This document shows, piece by piece, positions 32,001 to 42,085 of a DNA stretch of 64,000 bases. The stretch comes from Cyanophora paradoxa CCMP329. Its lineage: Eukaryota; Plantae; Glaucophyta. Position numbers and translations under genes: made by a program. The DNA lies in assembly GCA_004431415.1 (NCBI GenBank), contig QPMI01000601.1, positions 1 through 64,000 of the forward strand, given 5' to 3'. The notes under the pieces are model-generated. The model did not search any database. It saw only the letters and a program-made list of their open reading frames with translations, and had not been told where the DNA came from. The first letter of the stretch is position 1, and each line of letters begins with the position of its first letter.

Positions 32001-35000
32001 TCATCAGTTCTACGGATTTGTAGAAGACTCTTCAAACCCAATACCAAGAGATGATAATAAACTACTCATCAAGACTCAGGAACTACAAGTAACAGGGATG
32101 AACTTAGCAACCACCAATGGTGTAGTAGCATTATTGACAGATCGCACAACCTCGAATGTTGTAAGAGGATGGTTAAATGAATACACCACTTCAAATGTTG
32201 TGAGGGGTTGGATAGCAGATTCAGAAGCGTTGTTAGATAACTACTTACCATTAACAGGTGGAACAATCACAGGAAATCTTAACGTGAGCAATCAAGGAAA
32301 CACTGACAGCAAACTCAAAATATATGAGAACACTTTCAAATTGGATTATTTGGATGTTTCGACGTTTAATGTCCTTTCAGTTCTTAATGTTTTCGTTTGG
32401 GTCAGAGCAAGGGACAATATGAAAGATGGAACGATAGTGAGTGGACTTGGAAACGGAGCAGGAGACGTTTGGTTTGATAATAACCCTGAGACACCGAATT
32501 TTCTTCTTGGGTTTGGTAATGTTGCTGGGAACTCGACACAAATTAAGAATAATGGAGGTCCTAACAACAAACCTTATTTTAATTCGTATCCTACAATTAA
32601 CTTCAACTTTTCAGCCTATAATACGTGGGGGCTGAGTGTGAACTTTTCATGAGCCAAACTTCACAGCAACATTTAACTGTGTTTTTCGTCGCGAAATTCA
32701 CAGATACAGCACCTCCAAATGTAGAGAACGTTTTATCTTTGAGTTATGGAACCACAAATTGGAGCATCAATAAATGGAACAATGGTGCGACTTGTTATAT
32801 TCAGGTTTCTAATGGGGTTGGAGCAGCAGGATTAGGTGAAAGCACTTCACCAAGTAACGCAAAAGCAGAAATTACATACTCCGAAATGACGACATGGACA
32901 CTCTACGAAGTAACAGTCTCTCCTTCCACTGTTACATTTGGGATCAATGGTAGCAATAGAAGTGTTGAAAATGTTACAAACATGTTCCCCAATAACCTTG
33001 TTACTGAAAGTCGTATTGGCTCTTCAACCTCCAAACAAGATTTAGCAGAGCTAATAGTGATTATTAAACCAACAACAGAAATCGTGAAGGACAACATACG
33101 AAGTTATCTCCTCCAAAAATACGGCTATCCTGAGCCATTGGACAATCCTTTCGCCAGTGACCCTAACAAACTTCTTCTCCAAACAAACAGCCTTCGAGTA
33201 ACAGGAAGTCTTATAGCTAACAACCTCCAATATACAGCACCAGCACCAGGAGGTGGTTTTATTATCAAAGATTTCCAAACAAGCTCAAGTCTTCAAGAGG
33301 CAGAAATAACTGCCATCAATGCCCAGATTACACAGATACAAGAAAGCATAGACAGTATCAATACCAATATAGAACCTTTAACCACTTCCAATGTAGTTCA
33401 CGAATGGGTAGCTCCACTGACTGCTTCCAATGTAGTTCAGGAATGGATAGCCCCACTCACCTCATCTAATGTGGTACAGGAATGGATAGCCCCGTTGACT
33501 TCTTCTAATGTAGCTCAAGAGTGGATAGCCCCATTGACTGCTTCCAATGTGGTTCAGGAATGGATAGCCCCGTTGACTTCTTCCAATTTAGTTCAAGAGT
33601 GGTTAGCTCCCAAGGCTGATACAGAAACCGTAAATTCCCGAATAGCCCTGCTGACATCTTCCAATACAGTTCAGGGCTGGTTAATCCCCAAGGCTGATAC
33701 AGAAACCGTAAATTCCCGAATAGCCCTGCTGACATCTTCCAATACAGTTCAGGGCTGGTTAATCCCCAAGGCTGATACAGAAACCGTAAATTCCCAAATA
33801 GCCCTGCTGACGTCTTCCAACACAGTTCAGGGCTGGTTAATCCCCAAGGCTGATACAGCAGCTGTAAATTCCCAAATAGCCCTGCTGACATCCTCCAACA
33901 CAGTTCAAGCTTGGTTAGCCCCAAAGGCTGAGACTGCCTTTGTTAATTCCCAAGTAGCCCTGCTGACCTCTTCCAACACAGTTCAGGGCTGGTTAGCTCC
34001 CAAGGCTGATACGGCTACAGTCAATACCCAAATATCTCCACTCACATCCTCAAATATAGTTCAGAGCTGGTTGAGTGACTATTTGCCCAAATCAGGAGGG
34101 ACTATCACATCCAATCTTTCTGTTTCGGGCAGCCTTTACACAAATAACATAAGAAGTGGTAGCCAATCCATAGACTTGGTTCTAATCCAAAACTTGATAC
34201 CTCCCCTGGAACGCCTTTCAGCATACACAAATCCACTGTCTACACCAAACTGTGTATTCCACTGGTATCCTTTAAATGAGCCATCAGGCACAGCAATACC
34301 AGAACTTACCAATAGGGCATCTGGGCAACCCAATGCTTTGCCTTCTTGGCTTAAAGTGTCAACTGGGGCCTTCGTGCTGAGTGCCTCTTTAATCAATGGG
34401 AATAAACTATTTGGGGTTACAGGGGTAACAACCTATTTGGCGCAACCAAGTCCCTACATAGCAAACCCATTCAGCAATGGGATGACAATGTTCTCTGTGA
34501 GAAGGAACTATTCAACCTCTGCCAGTCCTTCAGCTCATCTAACCATTTACAGTGACCCTACATCAAGTAGATATATAAGATTCGGAACCACAGGAGAAAC
34601 ATCTATTGGAATAACGAGTTATCAAACAAATGGAGTGTATCAAGCAACTTCCACAGCATCCACAGCCACAAGCTTTTACAACAATTGGACTTTGTTTGAC
34701 TATCATGTCACTTCAACCGTAACCACAGTAGGCATCAATAGTGTTGATTTATCCCCCACATTATCTGGCAACTACAATTTAAGTGAAGTGGCAAATCTCA
34801 CAATCCAAAAGATTGGGATAGAAAGCTTCCAAGGACAAATGGCAGAAATAATCATTTACAATCGGGCTCTATCAGCTGATGAGAAGGGCTTTATCCGCTA
34901 CTATCTATCACAAAAGTATGGTCTGAGCAACCCAATTCCCCAAATCAGCCCAGCCTACTCCTCAAATGAGTTCCTACAGGTGTCCACCCCCAATCTTATA

Positions 35001-36470
35001 CTTAATAAGCTGACTGTGAATAGCAATGTAGCCTTGCCAAATATCCCCACATCAAACATTGTTCAAAACTGGCTTCAACCTTACACCACTTCAAATGTCG
35101 TTCAAACATTGATAGCTGAAAAAATTAATCCACAACTTGTTACTTCAAATGTTACAAGGGACTGGCTCAGCAGCTATCTGCCCCGAACGGGAGGTACAAT
35201 AACATCAAACCTTGTAGTTTCAAGCAACCTTTACACTCCTTCAATCATAAATGGTGAGCAGTCCATCAAGTTCTATCCAATTTCTACATCGCCACCAATT
35301 GACCAGCTCCTTTCATATACTAATCCACTTTTCACATCCAATTGTGTGTTCCACTGGTACCCAAATTCAACTGATGTCAATGGCTCGTTGTTAGAAACAA
35401 TGGTCAACAGAGCAGAAGGGCTCCCACTTGCCTTACCAAACATGAGCCCTGGGTTCACTTTATCCAAGAACTCAATAAGCAGTGGGACAGCATTGAATGG
35501 AAATAAATACATGGTCAGCACAAGTAGTTCTTCTGGATATCGGCATCAGTACACCACAGCATTATCAAACATTTTTGCCAGTGGCATGACTGTATTTTCA
35601 GTGAGAAAGCACACTGCCACAGGTAACCAATCACATTTTGTAGTTACCAATGATGACACAAGTGACCCTACATACGGGAGATATATCACACTGGGAGCAG
35701 TTAATGGAAATTCCCTTGGTATTATCACTTCCACATTAACACAAGTCTCAACAACAAGCTTCTTGAATTCTTGGGGGTTGTTCGACTTTCAATTAACCCC
35801 TACAACACTAACTATGGGGTTGAATGGCGCAGATGTATCTCCCTCAATTACTGGAAGCTTCCTGTGGTCAAACACGCCGACCATAAAAATAAAGGAACTC
35901 TCATTCACTTCCTATGTAGGAGAGATAGCCGAAGTTGTAATTTTTAATCGGGCTTTATCTCCAACTGAAAAGAGTTTCATGAGATATTACTTTAAGCTCA
36001 AATTTGGGCTTGACTTTCCATACACTTATCCCGAAACATACACTCAGCTCTCAGCAAATCTTTTGGTAGACAAGCTCAGTGTGAACACCAATGTTTACGC
36101 AAGGTCTTTCTATGAGGTGGCCACTGGAACTACAAATAGTCTAAGTAAAATCCCGACATGGAATGAAATCAGGCAACGATTTCTATCTGGGACTTTCCAG
36201 ATGAGTATAGGACCCCTCAACGCCAATAGCCGTGGAGAAGCCACTTATATTTTAAATTGGAACCCAGCATTCAACACGAAACCACCTGTCATTAGTTTAG
36301 TAATGGAAGGAACCCCTGTGACAACCCAAGCGCTTGGCTATAAATTTGGATTATCGAATTCAAGTTCTTCCTCGTCCACAGTTCATGTTACCTTGCTAAC
36401 TGATGCGACTGCTACAGCAAATACGACATATACCTTCACAATTCACTGGACAGCATATGGAATTCCGTGA
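29074..36470 (+). CDS. Giant fibre/spike-like protein (~2450 aa if ORFs 29074-32652 and 32625-36470 are joined)
   Basis: HxHxWDEI..P..FPP repeats, four YLP.(T/S)GGTIT.(D/N)L segments each followed by a LamG/ConA-like beta domain, and 13/26-aa repeats. The frame change falls inside the second such domain. Confidence 0.75.
33374..34075 (+). repeat. Coding tandem repeats: 39-bp (PLTSSNVVQEWIA) then 78-bp (PKADTETVNSRIALLTSSNTVQGWLI) units
   Basis: Visible in both DNA and translation. Confidence 0.9.
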
Positions 36471-36509
36471 TGAAGCTTTATTTTTCTATCCTTCTTAATA
36501 GAAGAAGTA

Positions 36510-37355
36510 ATGGGCGAATATAATCGAGTCCAATTACCAGTTTACGCATTGGGGAGTCCAGCAATTCATTTTAGACAACATGAAGTGTCTGATGAAGTTC
36601 GTGGAATGGAATCAACAGAACGGGCAAATTCAGGTAATGCTTTTGACAAGAATAGTATGATTCGTGTAAAAGAACTGAGAGCTGATAAAAATTCGGGAGT
36701 GGTGAAAACAACTCAACTTCTTGTAACAAATGCGAATTTTCAATCAGCAAATGGACAACCTGATGCGTATGGTGTAGATATCAAAGCATTTGAATTTGAC
36801 AATACAAGGGCTGCTGCTGTTATAAGATCAGGAGGAGCAATAATTGGTGGTGGCTGTAGAGTATCGGGAATGCTTGGCTCTTCTGCTGCCTTTAATGATT
36901 TTCCGGACACTTTACCTGAACATGCTGATAATCCCCAAAGAATTCGCATGTTTCTTCCATGCGGGGATTCCCCGTATGCTTTTGGTATCATTAGAGCTAA
37001 TGTAAATACGCAAAATGCCACTCAACCCCAAGGTATTGCCGGACCATGGAAATTGGCTAATCAGCTTCTACCAAAGGCAATGTATTCTATGTGTCGCTCT
37101 CAGAATGGAGGATTAGAAGGTTATACTTTCTTTGTTCAAGCAGTAGGCCATGGTGGGCGTGGATGGATCACAAGAAATCCTGCCACACAACCAAACAGTT
37201 TCGATTTTTGGGCATCAGAGGTAGGGGGTTATGATATTTTAATTTTTGGATATCGTAATGATGAAGCAGCATGGGCTGTTGCCAACTGTATAAATCCTGA
37301 TTCGCAGGTCTCGAATTTCTACAATGAACCATTTCCGAATGATCCCATTCCGTAA
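36510..37355 (+). CDS. Hypothetical protein, paralogue 1 (281 aa)
   Basis: Shares KELR.DKN.GVVKTT.LLVTNANF with the next gene. Confidence 0.8.
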   Translation: MGEYNRVQLPVYALGSPAIHFRQHEVSDEVRGMESTERANSGNAFDKNSMIRVKELRADKNSGVVKTTQLLVTNANFQSANGQPDAYGVDIKAFEFDNTRAAAVIRSGGAIIGGGCRVSGMLGSSAAFNDFPDTLPEHADNPQRIRMFLPCGDSPYAFGIIRANVNTQNATQPQGIAGPWKLANQLLPKAMYSMCRSQNGGLEGYTFFVQAVGHGGRGWITRNPATQPNSFDFWASEVGGYDILIFGYRNDEAAWAVANCINPDSQVSNFYNEPFPNDPIP

Positions 37356-37374
37356 TTATGTTTCAGTATATTAA

Positions 37375-38220
37375 ATGGCAGCACCAGCACCACCAGAGCG
37401 CATTTTAACAGCGCAACTATCATTAGCTGCTCCAGCTAACCACGTCTTACAGCATGCTATTATTGATAATATTGATGGTCTCGAATCCACAGAGATAGCC
37501 CCAACTCTGAATACTTTTGGTGACACTCACATGCTAAGACTAAAAGAGTTAAGATGTGACAAAAATAATGGGGTCGTTAAAACTACTAAACTTCTTGTAA
37601 CAAATGCGAATTTCAATGCGTTTCATGGAGATCCTGATAGTTACAATGATGACAACAAGGTAACAAACTTTGCCTATGAGGCAAGAAGGGGAGCAATTAA
37701 ATGTAGATCAGGAGGCGCCTATATTGGAGATGGTTTAAGGGTTGGTGGAATTATTGGAGCGCCCCTGTTAGTAAATGATCAACCCAATCCTGATGATGTA
37801 AATACAAGAATCAGGACATATGTCCCAGGTATGAATGAGCCCTACATTATAAAAATCAATACGATTATTATAAACCTTCAAACAGCCGTTCTGGATGTAT
37901 TAGAGCCTTTGGGAAATCATTATAGGTATATTGAGACATTGCCTGCTGATATTTACTCATTATGTAGACGAACTGATGGAGCAAGACCCCGTATTACAGT
38001 CCAAGTAGTCCCAGTAGATAATTTCGGTCTTGCTTTTCATTCATTGCCCCTGCTTGACACACAAGATGACCAATATATTATAAGAGCCACACAACAAGGG
38101 ACTTACACAGTAATTATGTATGCTGAAAGAAATGATGAAATCGCAAGAGGAAATCGATATGGACAGTATCTAACCACCAATTTATACAATCCCATTGGTG
38201 GAAGTGATCCTTTGCCTTAA
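37375..38220 (+). CDS. Hypothetical protein, paralogue 2 (281 aa)
   Basis: Tandem paralogue of 36510-37355; N-half conserved, C-half divergent. Confidence 0.8.
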   Translation: MAAPAPPERILTAQLSLAAPANHVLQHAIIDNIDGLESTEIAPTLNTFGDTHMLRLKELRCDKNNGVVKTTKLLVTNANFNAFHGDPDSYNDDNKVTNFAYEARRGAIKCRSGGAYIGDGLRVGGIIGAPLLVNDQPNPDDVNTRIRTYVPGMNEPYIIKINTIIINLQTAVLDVLEPLGNHYRYIETLPADIYSLCRRTDGARPRITVQVVPVDNFGLAFHSLPLLDTQDDQYIIRATQQGTYTVIMYAERNDEIARGNRYGQYLTTNLYNPIGGSDPLP

Positions 38221-38265
38221 ATCGTCAGATGTCTTATTGTTTTTTCTATTCTATTGGTAATCAAA

Positions 38266-38664
38266 ATGCTTGCCAAAGGTTACCATGTGATGCTTGATTT
38301 CCAATTCAGCCAACCAATTAGCGACCATGTGGGGCTCTCTAAATGGCTCATGACTGTCAGTGAAGACATCATCAAGAAATATGGAATACAGGTTGTCCAC
38401 AAACATGCTGAGATTTTTGATGGCACCAAATCACCCCCTGGATTTGCCCAAGTATTATTATTAGATGAAAGCCATTGCTCTGCTCATTGCTACAGTGATC
38501 AAGGCATGTTGGCAATAGATATATTCAGCTGTGGAAAACAGGCAGAAAGGAATACAAGTTTAATTGCTTTTGAGCTGGAGGAGGAGATAAACAAATATGC
38601 TATTGGATTTGGGGCAGTGATCAAAAAGAGATTACACCATGAGAAGAAGAGATTTGAAGTTTAA
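38266..38664 (+). CDS. speD: Prokaryotic-type S-adenosylmethionine decarboxylase proenzyme family protein (element B)
   Basis: GYHVMLDF...PPGFAQVLLLDESHCSAHCY...AIDIFSCG: ESH autocleavage site of pyruvoyl-dependent class 1B AdoMetDC. Confidence 0.88.
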   Translation: MLAKGYHVMLDFQFSQPISDHVGLSKWLMTVSEDIIKKYGIQVVHKHAEIFDGTKSPPGFAQVLLLDESHCSAHCYSDQGMLAIDIFSCGKQAERNTSLIAFELEEEINKYAIGFGAVIKKRLHHEKKRFEV

Positions 38665-38666
38665 GA

Positions 38667-38825
38667 GAGAGTGAGAGGGTAGAGAGGGTAGAGAGGGTAG
38701 AGAGGGTAGAGAGGGTTCTATGTTGAGGGTAGAGAGGGTAGAGGGTTGTATGTAAAACTTCCCGCGAGAGGAGTTTTCCTAAGAAAGTTTACATACAACC
38801 CTCTACCCTCTCTACCCTCTCTACC
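38667..38825. repeat. Right subterminal stem-loop of B with (GAGGGTAGA)n arms
   Basis: GGTAGAGAGGGTAGAGGGTTGTATGTAAA ... TTTACATACAACCCTCTACCCTCTCTACC. Confidence 0.85.
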
Positions 38826-38834
38826 TGTTTCCCC

Positions 38835-38971
38835 TACTGGTGCCGAAAAGACATGATTAATACCCTAAGACTTGAAATAAATGCTTACTACCCTAGTACC
38901 TGAAACGCGCACACATAGGGATACCCCTGATCCAAGCCTGTAGGCCGAAGGCCGGAGGGCTTGGATCAGGG
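38835..38971. repeat. Right TIR of element B; outer hairpin arm truncated
   Basis: Reverse complement of the left TIR. Inner arm 38911-38938, centre TGTAGGCCGAAGGCCGGAG, outer arm only 14 of 28 bp. Confidence 0.92.
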
Positions 38972-39559
38972 TACCTGAAGTACAATCGAAGATATGCTCG
39001 CACTGCAAGATTGAGAAGCTTGCAAGTGAGTTTAATAAAAGACAAAGAACGAAGGATGGTCTCAACTATCAATGCCGAGAGTGTTATAGCAAAACTCGTA
39101 AGAGTTAAACAGAATTTAATTGTATAGTTTTTAAAGCAAGTTTGTGCATGAGCAAGCATGCCGAAAATGCCCACCTGCACAAACTTGCGAGATCAAGGTA
39201 AGCCCCACCGACAAAGTACGACGATAGACCACGTTAAAATACACTCGCGCCCCGCCCACTATGCAAGATACATGCAAACTACATGCGAGTTATATGAAAA
39301 ATAAACAATTCAGTCATGTATATATTTCGTATATATGTCCGAACCTCCGTGTGTGTGATCCCGCACAACTTTGAATTTTTTGTGTTGTTTTTTTGTTTTT
39401 TTCTCATATGACGACATATACATATATATACCGGCGTCACCGACGTATTCGGGGTCATCACATCGCGGCGATTCCGAAAACATATAGCATGCCACAAAGT
39501 AGTATTTTATGTGTTTTTCGATGTTCGACCAATCAGAAGCCACTAGAAAGGGGGGAGAC

Positions 39560-39670
39560 CGGTTTTGTGGACACCGGGGATACCCATTTTGTGGACATTT
39601 GTGGACACCGGGGATACCCATTTTGTGGACACCGGGGATACCAGTTTTGTGGTTATTTTGTGGACAAAAT
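39560..39670. repeat. Short array of ~24-bp TTTTGTGGACACCGGGGATACCCA units in element C (also ~51535-51640)
   Basis: Three full and several partial units. Confidence 0.85.
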
Positions 39671-39911
39671 GCAAAAAACTGAAAAACAAACAAAAACGAA
39701 AAACAACGAAAGACGTAAAAAAACCAATTCGAAAAACACTTCAAAAACTCGAAAAACAAACGAAACCGCCACGCAAACCGACAAATCGCTGTATCTCTTC
39801 ACCAACTCATCGCCTTGCAAAACCAAAAATAGCGCCGTGACCGTCTTGCCAAGACCAGCACGCCTGTGTAGGTATCATAGGGTCATTAAAATATGTGTCA
39901 AATAATTAATA

Positions 39912-40304
39912 ATGGATTCCCGATACCGCGGCTACCACGTTATGCTCGACTATATAACCGACCCGTTTACTGAGTCCCCGGAGGCATGCGCCGAGTGGAT
40001 CACAGCGAACCTATCGCAATATATCACAGATCGCAATATGCGCATCGTGCACCAGCACACATGCATTTTCGATGGCTCTATTTCCCCTCCCGGTTTCGCG
40101 ATCGGCTTCTTATTAGATGAGTCGCATGCGACAGCTCACTCTTATAGCGACCAGGGGCTATTAGCGATCGATATCTTTACATGCGGGTTAAATGCCGAAG
40201 CGAAGACGATGGGTATAGCACGGGACATTAACGAACTCATACAAGAAAGGCTGAAAGTTCGAAAGTGGGACTTCCAGGTCGAGCAAAGGTTCCCAATTTC
40301 ATAA
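39912..40304 (+). CDS. speD: AdoMetDC proenzyme family protein (element C copy 1)
   Basis: GYHVMLDY...PPGFAIGFLLDESHATAHSYSDQGLLAIDIFTCG. Confidence 0.88.
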   Translation: MDSRYRGYHVMLDYITDPFTESPEACAEWITANLSQYITDRNMRIVHQHTCIFDGSISPPGFAIGFLLDESHATAHSYSDQGLLAIDIFTCGLNAEAKTMGIARDINELIQERLKVRKWDFQVEQRFPIS

Positions 40305-40329
40305 AAAATGAAAAAAACGACAGATATAT

Positions 40330-40644
40330 TTAATGCTCCTTGATCGGAAACTTGCCCATTAGCGGGTGATCGAGACCCATGACATACCAGGATTTCATAA
40401 CGGGATCCCAGCGGGCTTTCTCAGCCTTCGCTTGATCCTTAAATTCATAAGGAATATCGAGGTAAACCTTCACGTTTCTTTGATACACTTGCTCATAGCT
40501 TAGAGTTTTGAACTGAGAGCATAGAGAGTGATCTTTCTTCGTGACATACCAGCATGAATTCTCACGATCCCACTTTCCACCGAGGGATTTCGCAACGTCT
40601 TTTTTATCATAGGGAATATCAACATAATACTTTTCACCCTCCAT
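40330..40644 (-). CDS. Protein of two DUF5710-like repeats
   Basis: YVDIPYDKKDVAKSLGGKWD....WYV and YLDIPYEFKDQAKAEKARWDP..KSWYV. Confidence 0.8.
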   Translation of the reverse strand: MEGEKYYVDIPYDKKDVAKSLGGKWDRENSCWYVTKKDHSLCSQFKTLSYEQVYQRNVKVYLDIPYEFKDQAKAEKARWDPVMKSWYVMGLDHPLMGKFPIKEH

Positions 40645-40683
40645 CTCTTTTATATTTACCGGAGAAAATAATTTCGGGGTTTG

Positions 40684-42066
40684 TTATGAACGAGAAGACC
40701 GAAGAATGCGCGTAGTAGGGGCTGTGTAGCTTGCGCTCTGATTCTTGAATGATTTATACCACCTCTGACTGTTTACCTCAGAGAGCTTCTCAGTTCCCGC
40801 GATCGTTAATTTGGCGAGCTCTCTAAGCGCCCTCTTTGTCTTTTCTGCGCGATCTTCCAATAGAGCGCCTTTTGGAACACTTGCGGCGACATCTATGCCT
40901 TCTTTTTGAACCTGCCGGATCGAAGCGGCTTCTATTTCGGCTGATTTAATTGCGTTGCCTGATGGTTCCACCACAGCCTCGACCTCTGTAATGATTTGCA
41001 ATTCGTGCGGCTTAAAAAGCTTCGGCATTACGTTCCCGGCTGCATCTTGCACCTCTATCGCGTTTCCTCTCCTTCCCGCAATTTTGTAGACCTCTCGGCT
41101 ATACCTTTGTGTTGCTCCTTTATCAAACTTTGATCTCGGCAATAATACACGGACGTGGAGACCCGGCTTAAAGTCGCTGAATATATCCTTTACGATTGTG
41201 TTCTTCCTTGAAATAATAGCCGCTCGGATCCGCTCCATATCAGAAAGCTTAACATCCCCGGGTTTCATTCCTATGGTTCTGTGAATGGTGTTATTATAAT
41301 TGAAAACGAAGTCGTCCAATTTGTCCATGAATCGAACTGTATTATAAGCGACACAGTAATTGTTTATCATCGTTTTTAAGGTCAAATGAAAGCGATTCAT
41401 TATTCCCAGAGAAGTGTGATCTCCGACCTGTTTAAAGCGGTGCTCTATTCCATTATTTTTTACGACCTCCTGAAACTCCTTCGCGATGAATTCCGAGCCG
41501 TTATCTGTCTCTAATCGAATCATCGGAGCCGGGAGCTCTGTGAGCATCTCCGCAAAAGCGGCGGCAACACTTGCGCCCTCCTTATTCTTTAACTTCTTGG
41601 CATATGCTTTTCGGCTCGTCATCTCGATGAGAGTAAGGACTGCAATGTAGCCGGAATTATAATTGCCATATGAGAGATAAAAGATGAGATCCGCTTGATA
41701 GCACCACGGCGGGGCTGTGATGGGAATAAAAGCTGTTTGGGTTGGTGCGGGGGGCTTCTTGTTGATCTGCATAAATTCTTGTTTCGCTGCGACATCTTGC
41801 ACTTCTTTCAGTGTGAGGGTCTTGTCCTCTTTTCTCAGTTCTTCGTACAATGCCGATGGGTTCTTAAAACCTGTCTTTGGGTCATACATGCGGCGCACGA
41901 TCTTAGAGGACGGGTTAGCAATGCTAAAAGGAACATCTCCTAATAAATTTGATTTTGCTTGGCGTTTTGTGATTTTTTGGGGGACTTGCTCAGTTTCAGG
42001 AACCGCGATAGGTAGTATGGTGGTCTCTGTCTCCTCTCCCGCTACCCTTCTGACGATCCGTGACAT
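40684..42066 (-). CDS. rve integrase of element C copy 1
   Basis: YQADL, LETDNGSEF, YNNTIHRTIGMKP. The third catalytic position reads GIMNRF rather than GRIEAF. Confidence 0.88.
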   Translation of the reverse strand: MSRIVRRVAGEETETTILPIAVPETEQVPQKITKRQAKSNLLGDVPFSIANPSSKIVRRMYDPKTGFKNPSALYEELRKEDKTLTLKEVQDVAAKQEFMQINKKPPAPTQTAFIPITAPPWCYQADLIFYLSYGNYNSGYIAVLTLIEMTSRKAYAKKLKNKEGASVAAAFAEMLTELPAPMIRLETDNGSEFIAKEFQEVVKNNGIEHRFKQVGDHTSLGIMNRFHLTLKTMINNYCVAYNTVRFMDKLDDFVFNYNNTIHRTIGMKPGDVKLSDMERIRAAIISRKNTIVKDIFSDFKPGLHVRVLLPRSKFDKGATQRYSREVYKIAGRRGNAIEVQDAAGNVMPKLFKPHELQIITEVEAVVEPSGNAIKSAEIEAASIRQVQKEGIDVAASVPKGALLEDRAEKTKRALRELAKLTIAGTEKLSEVNSQRWYKSFKNQSASYTAPTTRILRSSRS

Positions 42067-42085
42067 TTCTTCTAATTAAACCTGT

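Larger units (their letters stand above)
11198..38976. mobile_element. Element B: apparently complete ~27.8-kb integrated Polinton-like virus
   Basis: ~150-bp TIRs at both ends; integrase, pPolB, primase-helicase, packaging ATPase, MCP, two minor capsid proteins. Absent from the second copy of its target (50597-50951). Confidence 0.92.

Noticed and set aside
39279-39905. Overlapping ORFs on both strands (and twins at 51253-51878)
   Set aside because: Low-complexity, repeat-derived frames; a 1-bp difference between the copies changes them; no motifs.
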